Assembly: GCA_964236955.1 (NCBI GenBank)
Contig: CAXSGP010000019.1
Coordinates: forward strand, 1-55,142
Length of the DNA stretch: 55,142 nt
Direction: 5' to 3'
Source: an uncultured Oligoflexus sp.
Lineage (GTDB): Bacteria; Bdellovibrionota_B; Oligoflexia; Oligoflexales; Oligoflexaceae
Shown: one piece after another, positions 10,001 to 18,949 of the stretch
Layout of the letters: the number at the start of each line of letters is the position of its first letter
Position numbering within the stretch: the first letter of the stretch is position 1
Position numbers and translations under genes: made by a program
Notes under the pieces: generated by a model
Databases searched by the model: none
Seen by the model: only the letters and a program-made list of their open reading frames with translations
What the model was told of the DNA's origin: nothing

Positions 10001-10149
10001 GCGTCAGCCAGACCGAACTTTTAATCATGGTCACGCCGACGATCGTCTCCGGTCCAAGTGAGAAGAATGATTCGAGCGTATCGAACGCCTACAACGATCA
10101 AACGACGATACTGTCTCAAAAGCAACCCGCTGCTCAAGGGAAGTTATAA
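7027..10149 (+). CDS. pilQ: type IV pilus secretin PilQ with long low-complexity N-terminal regions
   Basis: YTGKPI..VPWDEAL, DDRTNSVVI, PQVEITSRIVEV, LLLEVTPQV, GIPILSDIPIIGALF, ELLIMVTPTI. Confidence 0.93.
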   Translation: MNTRFLIRLLTLTSWFPIVACASSDEGKEASEAVAGNEESAEEENIDTTLDGNAVASDSIEGDGSGNEASADKGGGDANFDSSDGEANGNEAGSKSAADEGATDNTDDEAVAEKSIKGFEADGNGGNFATNAAVGLDGANAVAGTEAAGEAFKNTAIDTDAFSNSANTAENPLAASPAPAAVEAPPAPPPEPAPAPLAVARAPAPEGAVHEIEATPAKLFWVGYKINQARKQLNVEIVTKGRPEYEIFEQANRGQQSELIIRFYHTGLRRKLHWDVNSSEFRSPVAYIRMKEKRDEGYVDLVITHRDKVEPLFYEKDGNFLLSYTIPQRYSAAKARPIMQVKDRAISLQGERPLARPALVVSKLPAVGFPRYAALFKAPPKLEPIRRFLNTSKAIGRAKDGLPESFTKTIPVKRAGEILSRRTLVGVAQDDLENAADEGSGENAAGNTANANTENANSANGGNSASDSNSSRSGNTVSNSANAESNVSPSGKAGNANASEANEAQNNASGAGDLGGDSNSDASAFSNFDDKAEGGSNEKPGNFQDDNNVSNESQNASPSPAPINAPMMKEEAQEVDPQEGSGPKAQYTGKPIFMEFYEAPLSLVLKGFSEETGNNFVFPATIGETPVTVHFKGVPWDEALKAILETYSLGMVRIGDNVVRVDKIASLTGYMQALEAAKQYETRRIPTKVMVFRLNNAVAANVKDKVGILLARDIEIDSRIKISDDDRTNSVVIEAPEIILAKARAIIQRLDLETPQVEITSRIVEVQKSQNSFFGVSWGNNLNFDPGRALGFGTLNFPNSVASNFSVDPGVSGAQTIGNSRFRFGSLNKFLDLDLLLKMEERKGTSDVLQSNRVLVLDGQKATVLAGSSQFFRPAAGGNVINPAAGTTVGSSGLSEITFNLLLEVTPQVTALGNVIMNLLITSDTPGDVAAGGDTLASKSSRKLNTQMVRGNGETGVIGGIYDTKRTQSIAGIPILSDIPIIGALFRSTTTSVSQTELLIMVTPTIVSGPSEKNDSSVSNAYNDQTTILSQKQPAAQGKL

Positions 10150-10712
10150 TGATGCAAAAAACTAAGATCAAACGAACGGTTTTTTCATTCATAAGCCTTA
10201 GCCTGGCCACTCTGCTGCTGGGCGCGTGCTCCTACCAACCCGAAGATGCCGGGCAATGTGCACTGGTTTGTGGGAATTCGATCATAACGGGGAACGATCA
10301 GCCCGTCTCCATCAGCCTTAAAACGCCCATAGTACAGACCGAATGTGCGACGGCCCTGGCTGGAACTGCGGTTGGACCCTTTCGTACCGGCTTTCTTGTC
10401 GGTGAGGCTATCCTTGATCAATCGGGGAATCCGGCTGGGGTGAGACCGGTACCCAATATCAGCATTGAGCCTCTCCTCATCGGCAATCGCCCCATCGTCA
10501 ACAATGAAAACGATGCCGATACCCGCTATCGGGGCTTGCTCACCCTCAAACAGAATTGGTGCTCGGACTCATGTGGAGTTGTCATGCTCGATACCATAGG
10601 TCAATGTCCCGGCGTCTCAGGTTCGGATGAACTCACTATTCAGATTCACAGCGGCGCGCTGTTCAGTGATCCGGCTTCCTTTCCTATAACGACTAAGGCT
10701 CCCGATCAGTAG
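10149..10712 (+). CDS. Cys-rich lipoprotein translationally coupled to pilQ
   Basis: Lipobox LLGAC; six further Cys; TAATG overlap with the pilQ stop. Confidence 0.75.
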   Translation: MMQKTKIKRTVFSFISLSLATLLLGACSYQPEDAGQCALVCGNSIITGNDQPVSISLKTPIVQTECATALAGTAVGPFRTGFLVGEAILDQSGNPAGVRPVPNISIEPLLIGNRPIVNNENDADTRYRGLLTLKQNWCSDSCGVVMLDTIGQCPGVSGSDELTIQIHSGALFSDPASFPITTKAPDQ

Positions 10713-10731
10713 CCTGCCAAAGGACAACACG

Positions 10732-11703
10732 ATGGGTTTAGACCCTCAACTTATTCTGGAAAAAAAGACTCTCAGCAAGTCCGAACAGATTGCCGTCGAA
10801 CATTATAAGAAAAAGCCCGATGGTCGGGGATTTTTTTCCGTAGCCGAAATTATGGCCAAACATCAGGAGTGGAATGAAGCGATCCAGCTGCTTGCCTTCG
10901 GCCTGGAGCGCCACCCGAGCTATTCGGTAGCACGGGTCTTTCTCAGTCACCTTTTGTTTCGCCGGCATAATTTTTTTGAAGCCTGGGCCGTACTCGACAA
11001 AAGTCCGCTGTCACTGAAGACCAACCTCACAGCGCAGCTCCTAAGGCTGAAACTCGCGGTTCTGCTGGGACGTTTCAACGATGTCAACGAACTCGTGAAA
11101 GAACTGTCGCAGCAGGATTTTCAAGAAAGCGAGACGCAGCTTATCATTCAGCAGCTGGCGATCAAACCGTTTGGTCAGGTGCGCCGTGACTTTGCCGACT
11201 TTCTCAAGGTTTCCTTTCATGGGCTGCCTCAGGACAACGGACCGGCAGCGGTCATACCAGTCTATAAGTCGGTGGCGACCTTTCTCAAAGCGGCCAACCG
11301 GGAGGAGGAGGAAGCTCAGGCCAGTTTTCGGGAGCGTGTCGCGAAAGGTTTTTTTGCAAGTTCCATTCAAAGTCTATTTAGTAAGCCCCTGACCATGCCG
11401 CACCCCGAACATAGTGATATCGATGATTTGACACGTGCGCGCCTGCTCCGTCGCCAGGGCCTTTATCGGCGAGCTGCGGATATCTATCAGGGTCTGGTGC
11501 GAACCGCGCCAAACAATGAACTCTTAAGACGGGAATACAGCGAGATCTGCGATCTCCGTGACACGCAAAAAGAAATTGATATGAGGCTGAATCCTGAGAT
11601 AGTAGAAAGCATGGAGAAAGTCCGAAAGATCGACGATAAGATTCGTATATTAAACGACTTGCTTAGCCGCTTGGATGCACGAACCGATGAAAACTGCCTC
11701 TAA
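10732..11703 (+). CDS. tetratricopeptide-repeat protein
   Basis: FFSVAE..EAIQLLAFGLERHPSYSVARVFL and TRARLLRRQGLYRRAADIYQGL..PNN TPR-like motifs; AAGGA RBS. Confidence 0.75.
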   Translation: MGLDPQLILEKKTLSKSEQIAVEHYKKKPDGRGFFSVAEIMAKHQEWNEAIQLLAFGLERHPSYSVARVFLSHLLFRRHNFFEAWAVLDKSPLSLKTNLTAQLLRLKLAVLLGRFNDVNELVKELSQQDFQESETQLIIQQLAIKPFGQVRRDFADFLKVSFHGLPQDNGPAAVIPVYKSVATFLKAANREEEEAQASFRERVAKGFFASSIQSLFSKPLTMPHPEHSDIDDLTRARLLRRQGLYRRAADIYQGLVRTAPNNELLRREYSEICDLRDTQKEIDMRLNPEIVESMEKVRKIDDKIRILNDLLSRLDARTDENCL

Positions 11704-12163
11704 AATCAAAATACTTATAGCCCACGGGGTCAATCTCGATTTATTGGGGCGTCGTGAACCTTCGGTTTACGGCAGACATACGCTCGCCGATATAGACCTT
11801 AAGCTTCGGCAGTTATCCCCAGCACTGGCAGCTGCTTTCGAAATGCCGGAGGTCGAGCTTAGCTTCTTTCAATCGAATCACGAGGGCCTCTTTCTCGACG
11901 AGCTTTCCAAACCCTGGGCGGCGGCGATCATCAATGCCGGGGCCTGGACCCACACCTCGCTCGCGCTCGCCGACAGACTCATCGCGCTCTCCCTGCCTTT
12001 TGTCGAAGTGCATATTTCCAACCTCGCCAAACGCGAGGCGTTTCGGCATCATTCCTATGCGGCAGGCCATGCGCTAGGGGTCTGTTACGGCTTTGGTATC
12101 GATTCCTATACCGCGGCCCTGAGTGGACTATACGCGGTATTAGCGCCACGCATAAAAACGTAG
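11687..12163 (+). CDS. aroQ: type II 3-dehydroquinate dehydratase
   Basis: HGVNLDLLGRREPSVYG, FQSNHEG, INAGAWTHTS, VEVHISN..REAFRHHS. Confidence 0.95.
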   Translation: MKTASKIKILIAHGVNLDLLGRREPSVYGRHTLADIDLKLRQLSPALAAAFEMPEVELSFFQSNHEGLFLDELSKPWAAAIINAGAWTHTSLALADRLIALSLPFVEVHISNLAKREAFRHHSYAAGHALGVCYGFGIDSYTAALSGLYAVLAPRIKT

Positions 12164-12336
12164 GGTTCGTGAATCTTTAGCCCGGCCCCTTCTCCGCTGG
12201 CTCCAAGTGATCCGATATTGCATCAAAACTTAGCCTGGTCATCACAATGCCGCCCTCGCGTTGCTGCTTGTATTCATGAGTCGATTCAGGCAAGGTTTAT
12301 CTATTAAAGCTGAATAACATGGAAGAGGACGTGCTT

Positions 12337-13182
12337 ATGAAGCGTGCTGTCTTCAATCAAAAGGGTGGAGTTGGTAAAACTTCAATTACCTGCAATCTCG
12401 CTGCGGCCATGGCTAAACTGGGGCGTAAAGTTCTGGTTGTGGATCTCGACGCGCAAGCGAATACCTCGAAGTATTTGCTAGGTGATCGTATGGACAGAGT
12501 GCAATCAACCATTGTTGATTTCTTTAATTCAACCTTAAGTTTTCGCTTGTTTCAAGATTCCTTAATGGACACGATCTATGAAACGGCCTACCCAGGACTT
12601 TTTGTAATTCCAGCCCATGACAGTCTCAAAGAATTGCAGCCAAAACTTGAAGGCCGTTACAAGATTTTCAAACTGGGTGAAGCGATCGATGTGGCCCGCG
12701 AAAAGCTCGGCTTCGATGAAGTTCTGTTTGACACGCCCCCCGCACTGAATTTTTACAGCATGAGTTCACTCCTCGCAGCTGACCGGGTTTTAATTCCCTT
12801 TGATTGTGACGCGTTTAGTGAGGATGCTGTCGATCAGGTGATGATTGCTGTGGACGAAGTGTCGCAGGATCATCGACCCGATCTCAGAGTCGAGGGCATT
12901 GTCATCAATCATTTTCAAAGTCAGGCGAAACTGCCGAGAACGACTATAGAAAGGCTGCTCAAAAAAGGCCTTCCCGTACTGGAACCCTATTTAACATCTT
13001 CGGTGATTATGAGAGAAAGCCATAGTGAGGGAACACCGCTTGCTTACTATAAGCCAAGCCATAAACTCACTCTAGAATTCATGGCATTGGCTCAAAAACT
13101 TATCAATGCCGAAACGATTCTCGCGGCGACCCCTTTACTTCCGGTTCGTAAGCCGAAAAAGAAGATGGATGCGGAGATTTAA
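12337..13182 (+). CDS. ParA/Soj-family ATPase (orphan)
   Basis: NQKGGVGKTS deviant Walker A, DLDAQAN, DTPPAL; no adjacent parB; start chosen after GAAGAGGA. Confidence 0.9.
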   Translation: MKRAVFNQKGGVGKTSITCNLAAAMAKLGRKVLVVDLDAQANTSKYLLGDRMDRVQSTIVDFFNSTLSFRLFQDSLMDTIYETAYPGLFVIPAHDSLKELQPKLEGRYKIFKLGEAIDVAREKLGFDEVLFDTPPALNFYSMSSLLAADRVLIPFDCDAFSEDAVDQVMIAVDEVSQDHRPDLRVEGIVINHFQSQAKLPRTTIERLLKKGLPVLEPYLTSSVIMRESHSEGTPLAYYKPSHKLTLEFMALAQKLINAETILAATPLLPVRKPKKKMDAEI

Positions 13183-13197
13183 CAAAAGGATGTTTTA

Positions 13198-13929
13198 ATG
13201 ACGGAGTCGGCGCTTCGCTATTTAAATGAGGTCGAGTGGCTGGCGGCCGGTCACCAGATTCCCCGTTGGCATGATCGTGGTGTCCGTCACGGCTTTGAGG
13301 GCTTGGGGCATGAACTCCCGCCCTTTGGTTTGCATCTGAAGCAAATTCATTCGACTCACATCGTTGAAGTCAGCGAAGAAGGATCGCAAGGCTTGATGGG
13401 CCAGGGGGATGCTTTGGCAACCCTGCTACCGACCCATCGGATTGCGGTAAAAACAGCAGATTGTGTACCCATACTTCTCTTTCATCATGAATTTGTGATG
13501 GCTATCCATGCCGGATGGCGCGGTCTCGCCCAGGATATTATTGGCGAGGTTACAAAATTTATTGCGGCAAAAGGCTTTGCTCTCAAAGATTGTGAATGGG
13601 GTATAGGCCCCAGCATTTCCCCCGAAAGCTACGAAGTGGGTCCTGAGCTTGTTGAAGCCTTTGCGCAGCTGCCCCGCTATCGCGAGGATTTGAGCTGGGC
13701 CTTAACGAAAGGGCCTGCGGACCGCTGGCATTTGGATCTTGCTGCGCTTTGTGTCTTGACCTTAAGACAGGAGGGGGTGGTGCCGCATCACATCAGCGTG
13801 ATTCGTTCCGATACAAAAGGCAACAAAGAACTTTGGCATTCCTATCGACGAAATGGTGAGCATGCCGGCCGCAATTGGTCATGGATTGAACATGGCTCCG
13901 CATCGTTGACAAGTTTGGGCCTGAGCTGA
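13198..13929 (+). CDS. pgeF: YfiH/PgeF family protein (laccase domain)
   Basis: QIHS, TADCVPILL, IHAGWRG, IGPSI...YEVG, SYRR. Confidence 0.9.
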   Translation: MTESALRYLNEVEWLAAGHQIPRWHDRGVRHGFEGLGHELPPFGLHLKQIHSTHIVEVSEEGSQGLMGQGDALATLLPTHRIAVKTADCVPILLFHHEFVMAIHAGWRGLAQDIIGEVTKFIAAKGFALKDCEWGIGPSISPESYEVGPELVEAFAQLPRYREDLSWALTKGPADRWHLDLAALCVLTLRQEGVVPHHISVIRSDTKGNKELWHSYRRNGEHAGRNWSWIEHGSASLTSLGLS

Positions 13930-14121
13930 AATCTTCGAAGAGACTCGCCATTCAAGCGGTCCTTCGCCCCATCCCCTGTGACTCATCATTTGCGTTGATC
14001 CCGAGTTAAATAGCAAGGGCAGGCCCGGAGAATTGTGGGGAAACTCGGCTATGTCTTGGGCTACCTCCTGCCTTGTGTTAAAACCATGGGGATAAATAAA
14101 ATGATGCGAGGGTGAGCGAAA

Positions 14122-15933
14122 ATGGGTGTTCTGATAAGTGCGCAAGGTCTAAGCAAGTCAATGAGCCACAAGGTCCTGTTTTTCAAGCTGGATATGACTG
14201 TGGAAGACGGCGAAAGACTAGGCATCATCGGTCCCAATGGAGCCGGCAAAACCACTTTGCTGAAGATATTGGCGAATCATGAAACGAGTGACGAGGGCCT
14301 GACGTCTCGTAAAAAGAACCTAAAGCTCGCATATGTCGTTCAGCAGCCCGAACTTGTGGCTGATAAAAACGTCCTCGAAACCCTTCAAATCGCAGGGGAA
14401 CGCGAGGGCCTGAGCCCCGAGATGGCTTCGGTCGAATCGCAGAAGATGGCGAGCCGTCTTGGATTTGAAGATCCTTATCAGGAAGCGGGTCGATTGTCAG
14501 GTGGTTGGAAAAAGCGTTTGGCCATAGGCGCAGCGCTTATGGGCGGCCCCGATCTTGTGCTCTTCGATGAGCCCACCAACCATTTGGATTTACGTTCGGT
14601 GCTTTGGCTCGAGGCCTTTCTTCGGGAGGCCCCCTTCGCTTGGGTTGTCGTCAGCCATGATCGACTTTTTCTCGACCGAACTGCGAAGCGCATTCTTGAG
14701 ATCAATCCGATGTACCCAGGGCATAGTCACGGTGAAACCGGCAATTACAGTGTTTTCATGGAAAAACGTTTCGTCTATTTGAAAGACCTCGCGCAAAATG
14801 CAGCGAGTCTTGCCAACAAGCTTAGAAAAGAGGATATCTGGCTGTCGCGCCAACCTAAGGCGCGCGGTACGAAATCGCAGGCCCGAATCGATGCGGCGAT
14901 GACCATGAAAGCTGAGATGCAGGATCTCAATTCGAGGCTTAAGACCACCAGCAGCGATATCGATTTTCAAAACTCCGGCCGTAAAAGCAAGCAGTTGGTC
15001 GTCCTTAAGGGCATCAGCAAAGCCTATGGCGATAAAAAGCTGTTTGAAGATCTCGATTTCATCATCGCTCCCAAGATTGTTCTGGGTATTCTCGGCGATA
15101 ACGGAACGGGGAAGTCGACGCTTCTCAAGATCATTCAGGGGGAGATCCCGGCTGATAGCGGCGAAAGGACGATTGCGCCCAATCTTGAACTTGTTTACTT
15201 CGATCAGGGACGCGAGTCACTCAATCCCGAATGGACACTGAAACGGGCGATAAGTGAAGGCCACGATTCGGTGATCTTTCAGGATCGGCCGATCCACGTG
15301 GCGTCCTGGATCAGACGCTTTCAGTTCCAGGTCAATCAGCTCGATCAGAAATTAAGCTTCCTCTCCGGTGGGGAACAGGCAAAAGTCCTGATTTCACGTC
15401 TTATGCTGCGCCGCGCCGATGTCCTCCTGCTCGATGAGCCGAACAACGACCTCGATATCGATACGCTTGAAATTCTTGAAGAAAGTCTTGAGGATTTTCC
15501 TGGCGCTATCATCCTTATTTCCCATGATCGATATCTATTGGAGCGTTTATGTTCCCACTTCCTTGCGATTCAGGGCAATGGGTCGATCCAGGCCTATGCG
15601 GATTATGAGCAATGGGAACGCGTCTTCCTCGAAGAAGGCAAACCCAAAAAGGAAAAGGCCAGTGGCGGTCAAGCGGCTGGAGGAGGCCGGACTAAGGCTT
15701 CGAAATCCGGCAAACTTTCTTACAATGAACAGCGTGAACTCGACTCCATGGAAGAGACGATACAAAAGGCCGATCATGAGCTGACGGAAGCTCAAAAAGC
15801 CTGTGAAGCGACCGCAACCCAGTCTTCGGGGCTGCTTTTAGCCACTCAGAGGCTGCAAGCCGCGCAATTGACTCTCGATAATCTCTACGAGCGCTGGGGC
15901 ATTCTCGAGGGCAAACTCGCCGGCAAAAAATGA
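14122..15933 (+). CDS. ABC-F family ATPase (Uup-like)
   Basis: Two ABC cassettes (GPNGAGKTT/LSGGW/DEPTNHLD; GDNGTGKST/LSGGE/DEPNNDLD), PKARGTKS linker, KLSYNEQREL C-terminal domain, no TM. Confidence 0.92.
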   Translation: MGVLISAQGLSKSMSHKVLFFKLDMTVEDGERLGIIGPNGAGKTTLLKILANHETSDEGLTSRKKNLKLAYVVQQPELVADKNVLETLQIAGEREGLSPEMASVESQKMASRLGFEDPYQEAGRLSGGWKKRLAIGAALMGGPDLVLFDEPTNHLDLRSVLWLEAFLREAPFAWVVVSHDRLFLDRTAKRILEINPMYPGHSHGETGNYSVFMEKRFVYLKDLAQNAASLANKLRKEDIWLSRQPKARGTKSQARIDAAMTMKAEMQDLNSRLKTTSSDIDFQNSGRKSKQLVVLKGISKAYGDKKLFEDLDFIIAPKIVLGILGDNGTGKSTLLKIIQGEIPADSGERTIAPNLELVYFDQGRESLNPEWTLKRAISEGHDSVIFQDRPIHVASWIRRFQFQVNQLDQKLSFLSGGEQAKVLISRLMLRRADVLLLDEPNNDLDIDTLEILEESLEDFPGAIILISHDRYLLERLCSHFLAIQGNGSIQAYADYEQWERVFLEEGKPKKEKASGGQAAGGGRTKASKSGKLSYNEQRELDSMEETIQKADHELTEAQKACEATATQSSGLLLATQRLQAAQLTLDNLYERWGILEGKLAGKK

Positions 15934-16039
15934 AGCGCTGTAAACTTTTAATTGGGAACGCTTAAGTATAAAGCTGCACTCAAGTTTTCCCAGAATAATT
16001 CCGACTAGGGAAAGTCGAGAATCATTCTGGGAGTCTTCC

Positions 16040-17251
16040 ATGCGATTTAATTCGGTTTTAGCCTTAAGTTTTTGTCTGCTGGCTTTCAGCTGCAAAAAAG
16101 GAAACAAAGACAAAGACAAAGATAAAAGCCCCGGCCCTGAAGTTGCGGAAGAATCCACCATGGGTCCTGATAAGGGCACGGATACAGCTGCCGGTGGCAA
16201 CACATCAAGCCCCACTGCGGAGGCAAAACCAAGCCCTGAAGCTCCGGCAAATGCGGGCGGTACGGCTCCCAACCCAACGACAGATCTGCCTATGAGCTGC
16301 CGGATTGCTGTCGATTGTACGCAGGCGCTCCCGGAATTGCCAAAAGCGACAGGTTTTAAGAAAGCTGAAAATACTCTGCGAGCTGTCCTTAAAAACGGTG
16401 TGCACCGGGCTCGGGACGTTATGGCCAATCAAGGCCAGGATCCTATACTCATCGCTAAATTTGCTTATACTATCGCTGTCGATGCGGATATTAAAGGTGA
16501 AGATGTTGATATCTATATGTCGAAAGGTTGCGAAGGCGGCTGGGAGAAACTCGGCACCCAGGTGACGTCTTCAAACCCTGCAGGCAAGAAAAAAGTGGTT
16601 GATGGTGTCGAGGACACGGGTGGGTATGTGATGGTGGCGCTGAGCAAACTCGGAGTCGCAAACCTGGCGGTGGGACGGCATCGCTTTCTCTTTGTCCTCA
16701 AAGGAAACAATGATACGACCGAACTCTACGTCGAGATTTTGCCAAAGAAAAATGCCGTGGTCGTGACCGATATCGATGGGACATTGACCGCTTTCGAAGA
16801 AGCCGCCGCCGTCGAAATTCTTGGCGTTCATCCGGAATCCCATGTCGGTGCGTCCGACATGATACGCTCGTTTTACCATCGCGGTTATAATATCTTCTAC
16901 CTGACCGCCCGCCCTTCCTTTCTCATGGCAGCGACTCGCGAATGGTTGAATATTCGTGGCTTTCCACCTGGAGTCATTCACACCACCAATCTTAAAACCG
17001 GCGCGACCGGTGAAGCTGCTGCGGCATTTAAAGTCAATGAGCTTGCGCTGTTGAAAAAGAACACAGGCATTGTTCCCGCCTATGCATTTGGCAACAAGCC
17101 CTCGGATGTTAAGGCTTTTGCCGATGCCGGCATACCAACGGCAAATAGTTACTTCTACAAAATCCAGGGGGATATGACCGGCGCGATAGTCAACAATGAC
17201 TACCGTACGCTGATTCCTCTCGCGCAGGCTGCGCCTTCCTTCTGCCCCTGA
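16040..17251 (+). CDS. lipoprotein with LNS2/lipin-like HAD phosphatase domain
   Basis: Lipobox LAFSC; VVTDIDGTLT, YLTARP, AYAFGNKPSDVKAF. Confidence 0.8.
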   Translation: MRFNSVLALSFCLLAFSCKKGNKDKDKDKSPGPEVAEESTMGPDKGTDTAAGGNTSSPTAEAKPSPEAPANAGGTAPNPTTDLPMSCRIAVDCTQALPELPKATGFKKAENTLRAVLKNGVHRARDVMANQGQDPILIAKFAYTIAVDADIKGEDVDIYMSKGCEGGWEKLGTQVTSSNPAGKKKVVDGVEDTGGYVMVALSKLGVANLAVGRHRFLFVLKGNNDTTELYVEILPKKNAVVVTDIDGTLTAFEEAAAVEILGVHPESHVGASDMIRSFYHRGYNIFYLTARPSFLMAATREWLNIRGFPPGVIHTTNLKTGATGEAAAAFKVNELALLKKNTGIVPAYAFGNKPSDVKAFADAGIPTANSYFYKIQGDMTGAIVNNDYRTLIPLAQAAPSFCP

Positions 17252-17273
17252 TCCCAATGGAATGAATAAGCAT

Positions 17274-17302
17274 AAACCCTCAGCCCCTGCTGAGGGTTTT
17301 TT
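17274..17302 (+). terminator. Rho-independent terminator
   Basis: AAACCCTCAGC-CCCT-GCTGAGGGTTT hairpin followed by T-run. Confidence 0.88.
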
Positions 17303-17465
17303 GTGTTAAGACTAGGTAAACATCAAAAAAGACTGATAGCGAGAAGATGAGACCCGCTCTGGTGAGCGTCCTAATCCGCTTGATATTCCACGAGGAAAGC
17401 TATTGAGCTGGGACACCGCTCTCTGCAATACTAACGATTTGTTGGTCTATAGCTGAGGGTGGATT

Positions 17466-18443
17466 ATGAGCAAAAAGCGATCGATAGCCGTGCTTTGCAG
17501 TGGTGGAGATGGTCCTGGAATGAACGCAGCATTACGCTCGGTCGTACGCAGTGCTTATAAGTCGGGATATGAAGTCTACGGCGTCTATAAAGGCTATGAG
17601 GGATTGATCGAAAGGTCGGTCATTCCCCTGGATCTTGCTTCGGTCGGCAACATCATTCAAAGGGGCGGGACCTTTATCTACACCTCCCGTTCCCCTCGCT
17701 TTATGGAAGCCCGTTATAGGGCCCAATCGGCGCAGTATATCGCTGAGCTGGGAGTGGAAGGGCTCGTTGTGATCGGCGGCAATGGATCGTTTAATGGCGC
17801 CTACCTCCTCCACCAGGAGCACGGCATTCCAGTCGCGTGCATCCCCGGAACGATCGACAATGATATTCAGGGCACCGAATTTTCCATAGGATTCGATACA
17901 GCAACCAATACTGCGGTTGAAGCCATCGACAAGATTCGTGATACCGCGACCTCTCACGAACGCACCTTCCTCGTCGAAGTCATGGGTCGATCAGCGGGGG
18001 GCATTGCCATCACCGTTGCCATCACCACAGGTGCCGAGGCCGTTATATTTCCGGACCGGGGTGTTGATCTTAGCGAAGTTGCAACAGCTGTCACCCGTGG
18101 AGTGGCCAGGGGCAAGAAATCTTCGATCATCATCGTTGCCGAAGGCGAAAAAGAAGGCCTGGGGCACGGTTATCAAAAGATTCTTAAAGAAAAGCATCAA
18201 CTCGATACGAGGCTCTGCATACTGGGACATATTCAACGTGGTGGCAATCCCTCGGCCCGTGATCGTTTCCTGGGATCCATCATGGGAAGCATGGCGGTTA
18301 AAGCCCTGCAGGAGGGGGAAAAGGCGGTAGCGACTGTGGTCAGACAAGGTCAGTTCACTCTGGCTCCCTTGGAGGAATGCCTCAACAAACGCAATGATTT
18401 TGACAGCTCGCTGCTTGAGCTGCTCAATACCCTTGCCCTTTAA
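17466..18443 (+). CDS. pfkA: ATP-dependent 6-phosphofructokinase
   Basis: SGGDGPGMNAA, IGGNGS, PGTIDND, VEVMGR, LGHIQRGG. Confidence 0.95.
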   Translation: MSKKRSIAVLCSGGDGPGMNAALRSVVRSAYKSGYEVYGVYKGYEGLIERSVIPLDLASVGNIIQRGGTFIYTSRSPRFMEARYRAQSAQYIAELGVEGLVVIGGNGSFNGAYLLHQEHGIPVACIPGTIDNDIQGTEFSIGFDTATNTAVEAIDKIRDTATSHERTFLVEVMGRSAGGIAITVAITTGAEAVIFPDRGVDLSEVATAVTRGVARGKKSSIIIVAEGEKEGLGHGYQKILKEKHQLDTRLCILGHIQRGGNPSARDRFLGSIMGSMAVKALQEGEKAVATVVRQGQFTLAPLEECLNKRNDFDSSLLELLNTLAL

Positions 18444-18454
18444 AAGGAGCTTCC

Positions 18455-18949
18455 ATGGCTCTATTTCCCAATGATCTCGATATTGCTGTCATCAATGAGA
18501 AATGGCTGCCACAGCTGGACAAAGACTTAGGGCTTCGCGTCACTGCTGTCTCGGGCAATGGGCTCAGCGCCGAACTCACGGTCAGCAAAGACCTCCTGCA
18601 GCCCTTCGGTGTGATGCATGGGGGGGTAAGCTGTGTGCTTGGCGAAAGTATGGGATCCATGGCGGGAGTAATGACGCTTAAGGATCCTCATACCACCGTG
18701 GTGGGCCAGAGCCTCTACGCCCTGCATTTGAGGCCGGTCCTTGAGGGGACGACACTCATCGTTGAAGCCAGTGCGCAGCATATAGGTAAACGATCGCAAA
18801 TCTGGGACATAAATCTAAGGGATAAAGCGACCGGCAAGCCGACTGCAAAAATCACCCTGACGCTTGCCGTGATCGACAAGCCAAGTTCAGGAACCTTAGC
18901 TTTAGGCCATGAGAGGGAGGAGTCTCGCGTGAGACCCTTCTCAAGTTGA
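18455..18949 (+). CDS. PaaI/hotdog-fold thioesterase (possible DHNA-CoA hydrolase, MenI-like)
   Basis: QPFGVMHGGVSCVLGES, VVG..HLRPV, HIGKRSQIW. Confidence 0.85.
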   Translation: MALFPNDLDIAVINEKWLPQLDKDLGLRVTAVSGNGLSAELTVSKDLLQPFGVMHGGVSCVLGESMGSMAGVMTLKDPHTTVVGQSLYALHLRPVLEGTTLIVEASAQHIGKRSQIWDINLRDKATGKPTAKITLTLAVIDKPSSGTLALGHEREESRVRPFSS

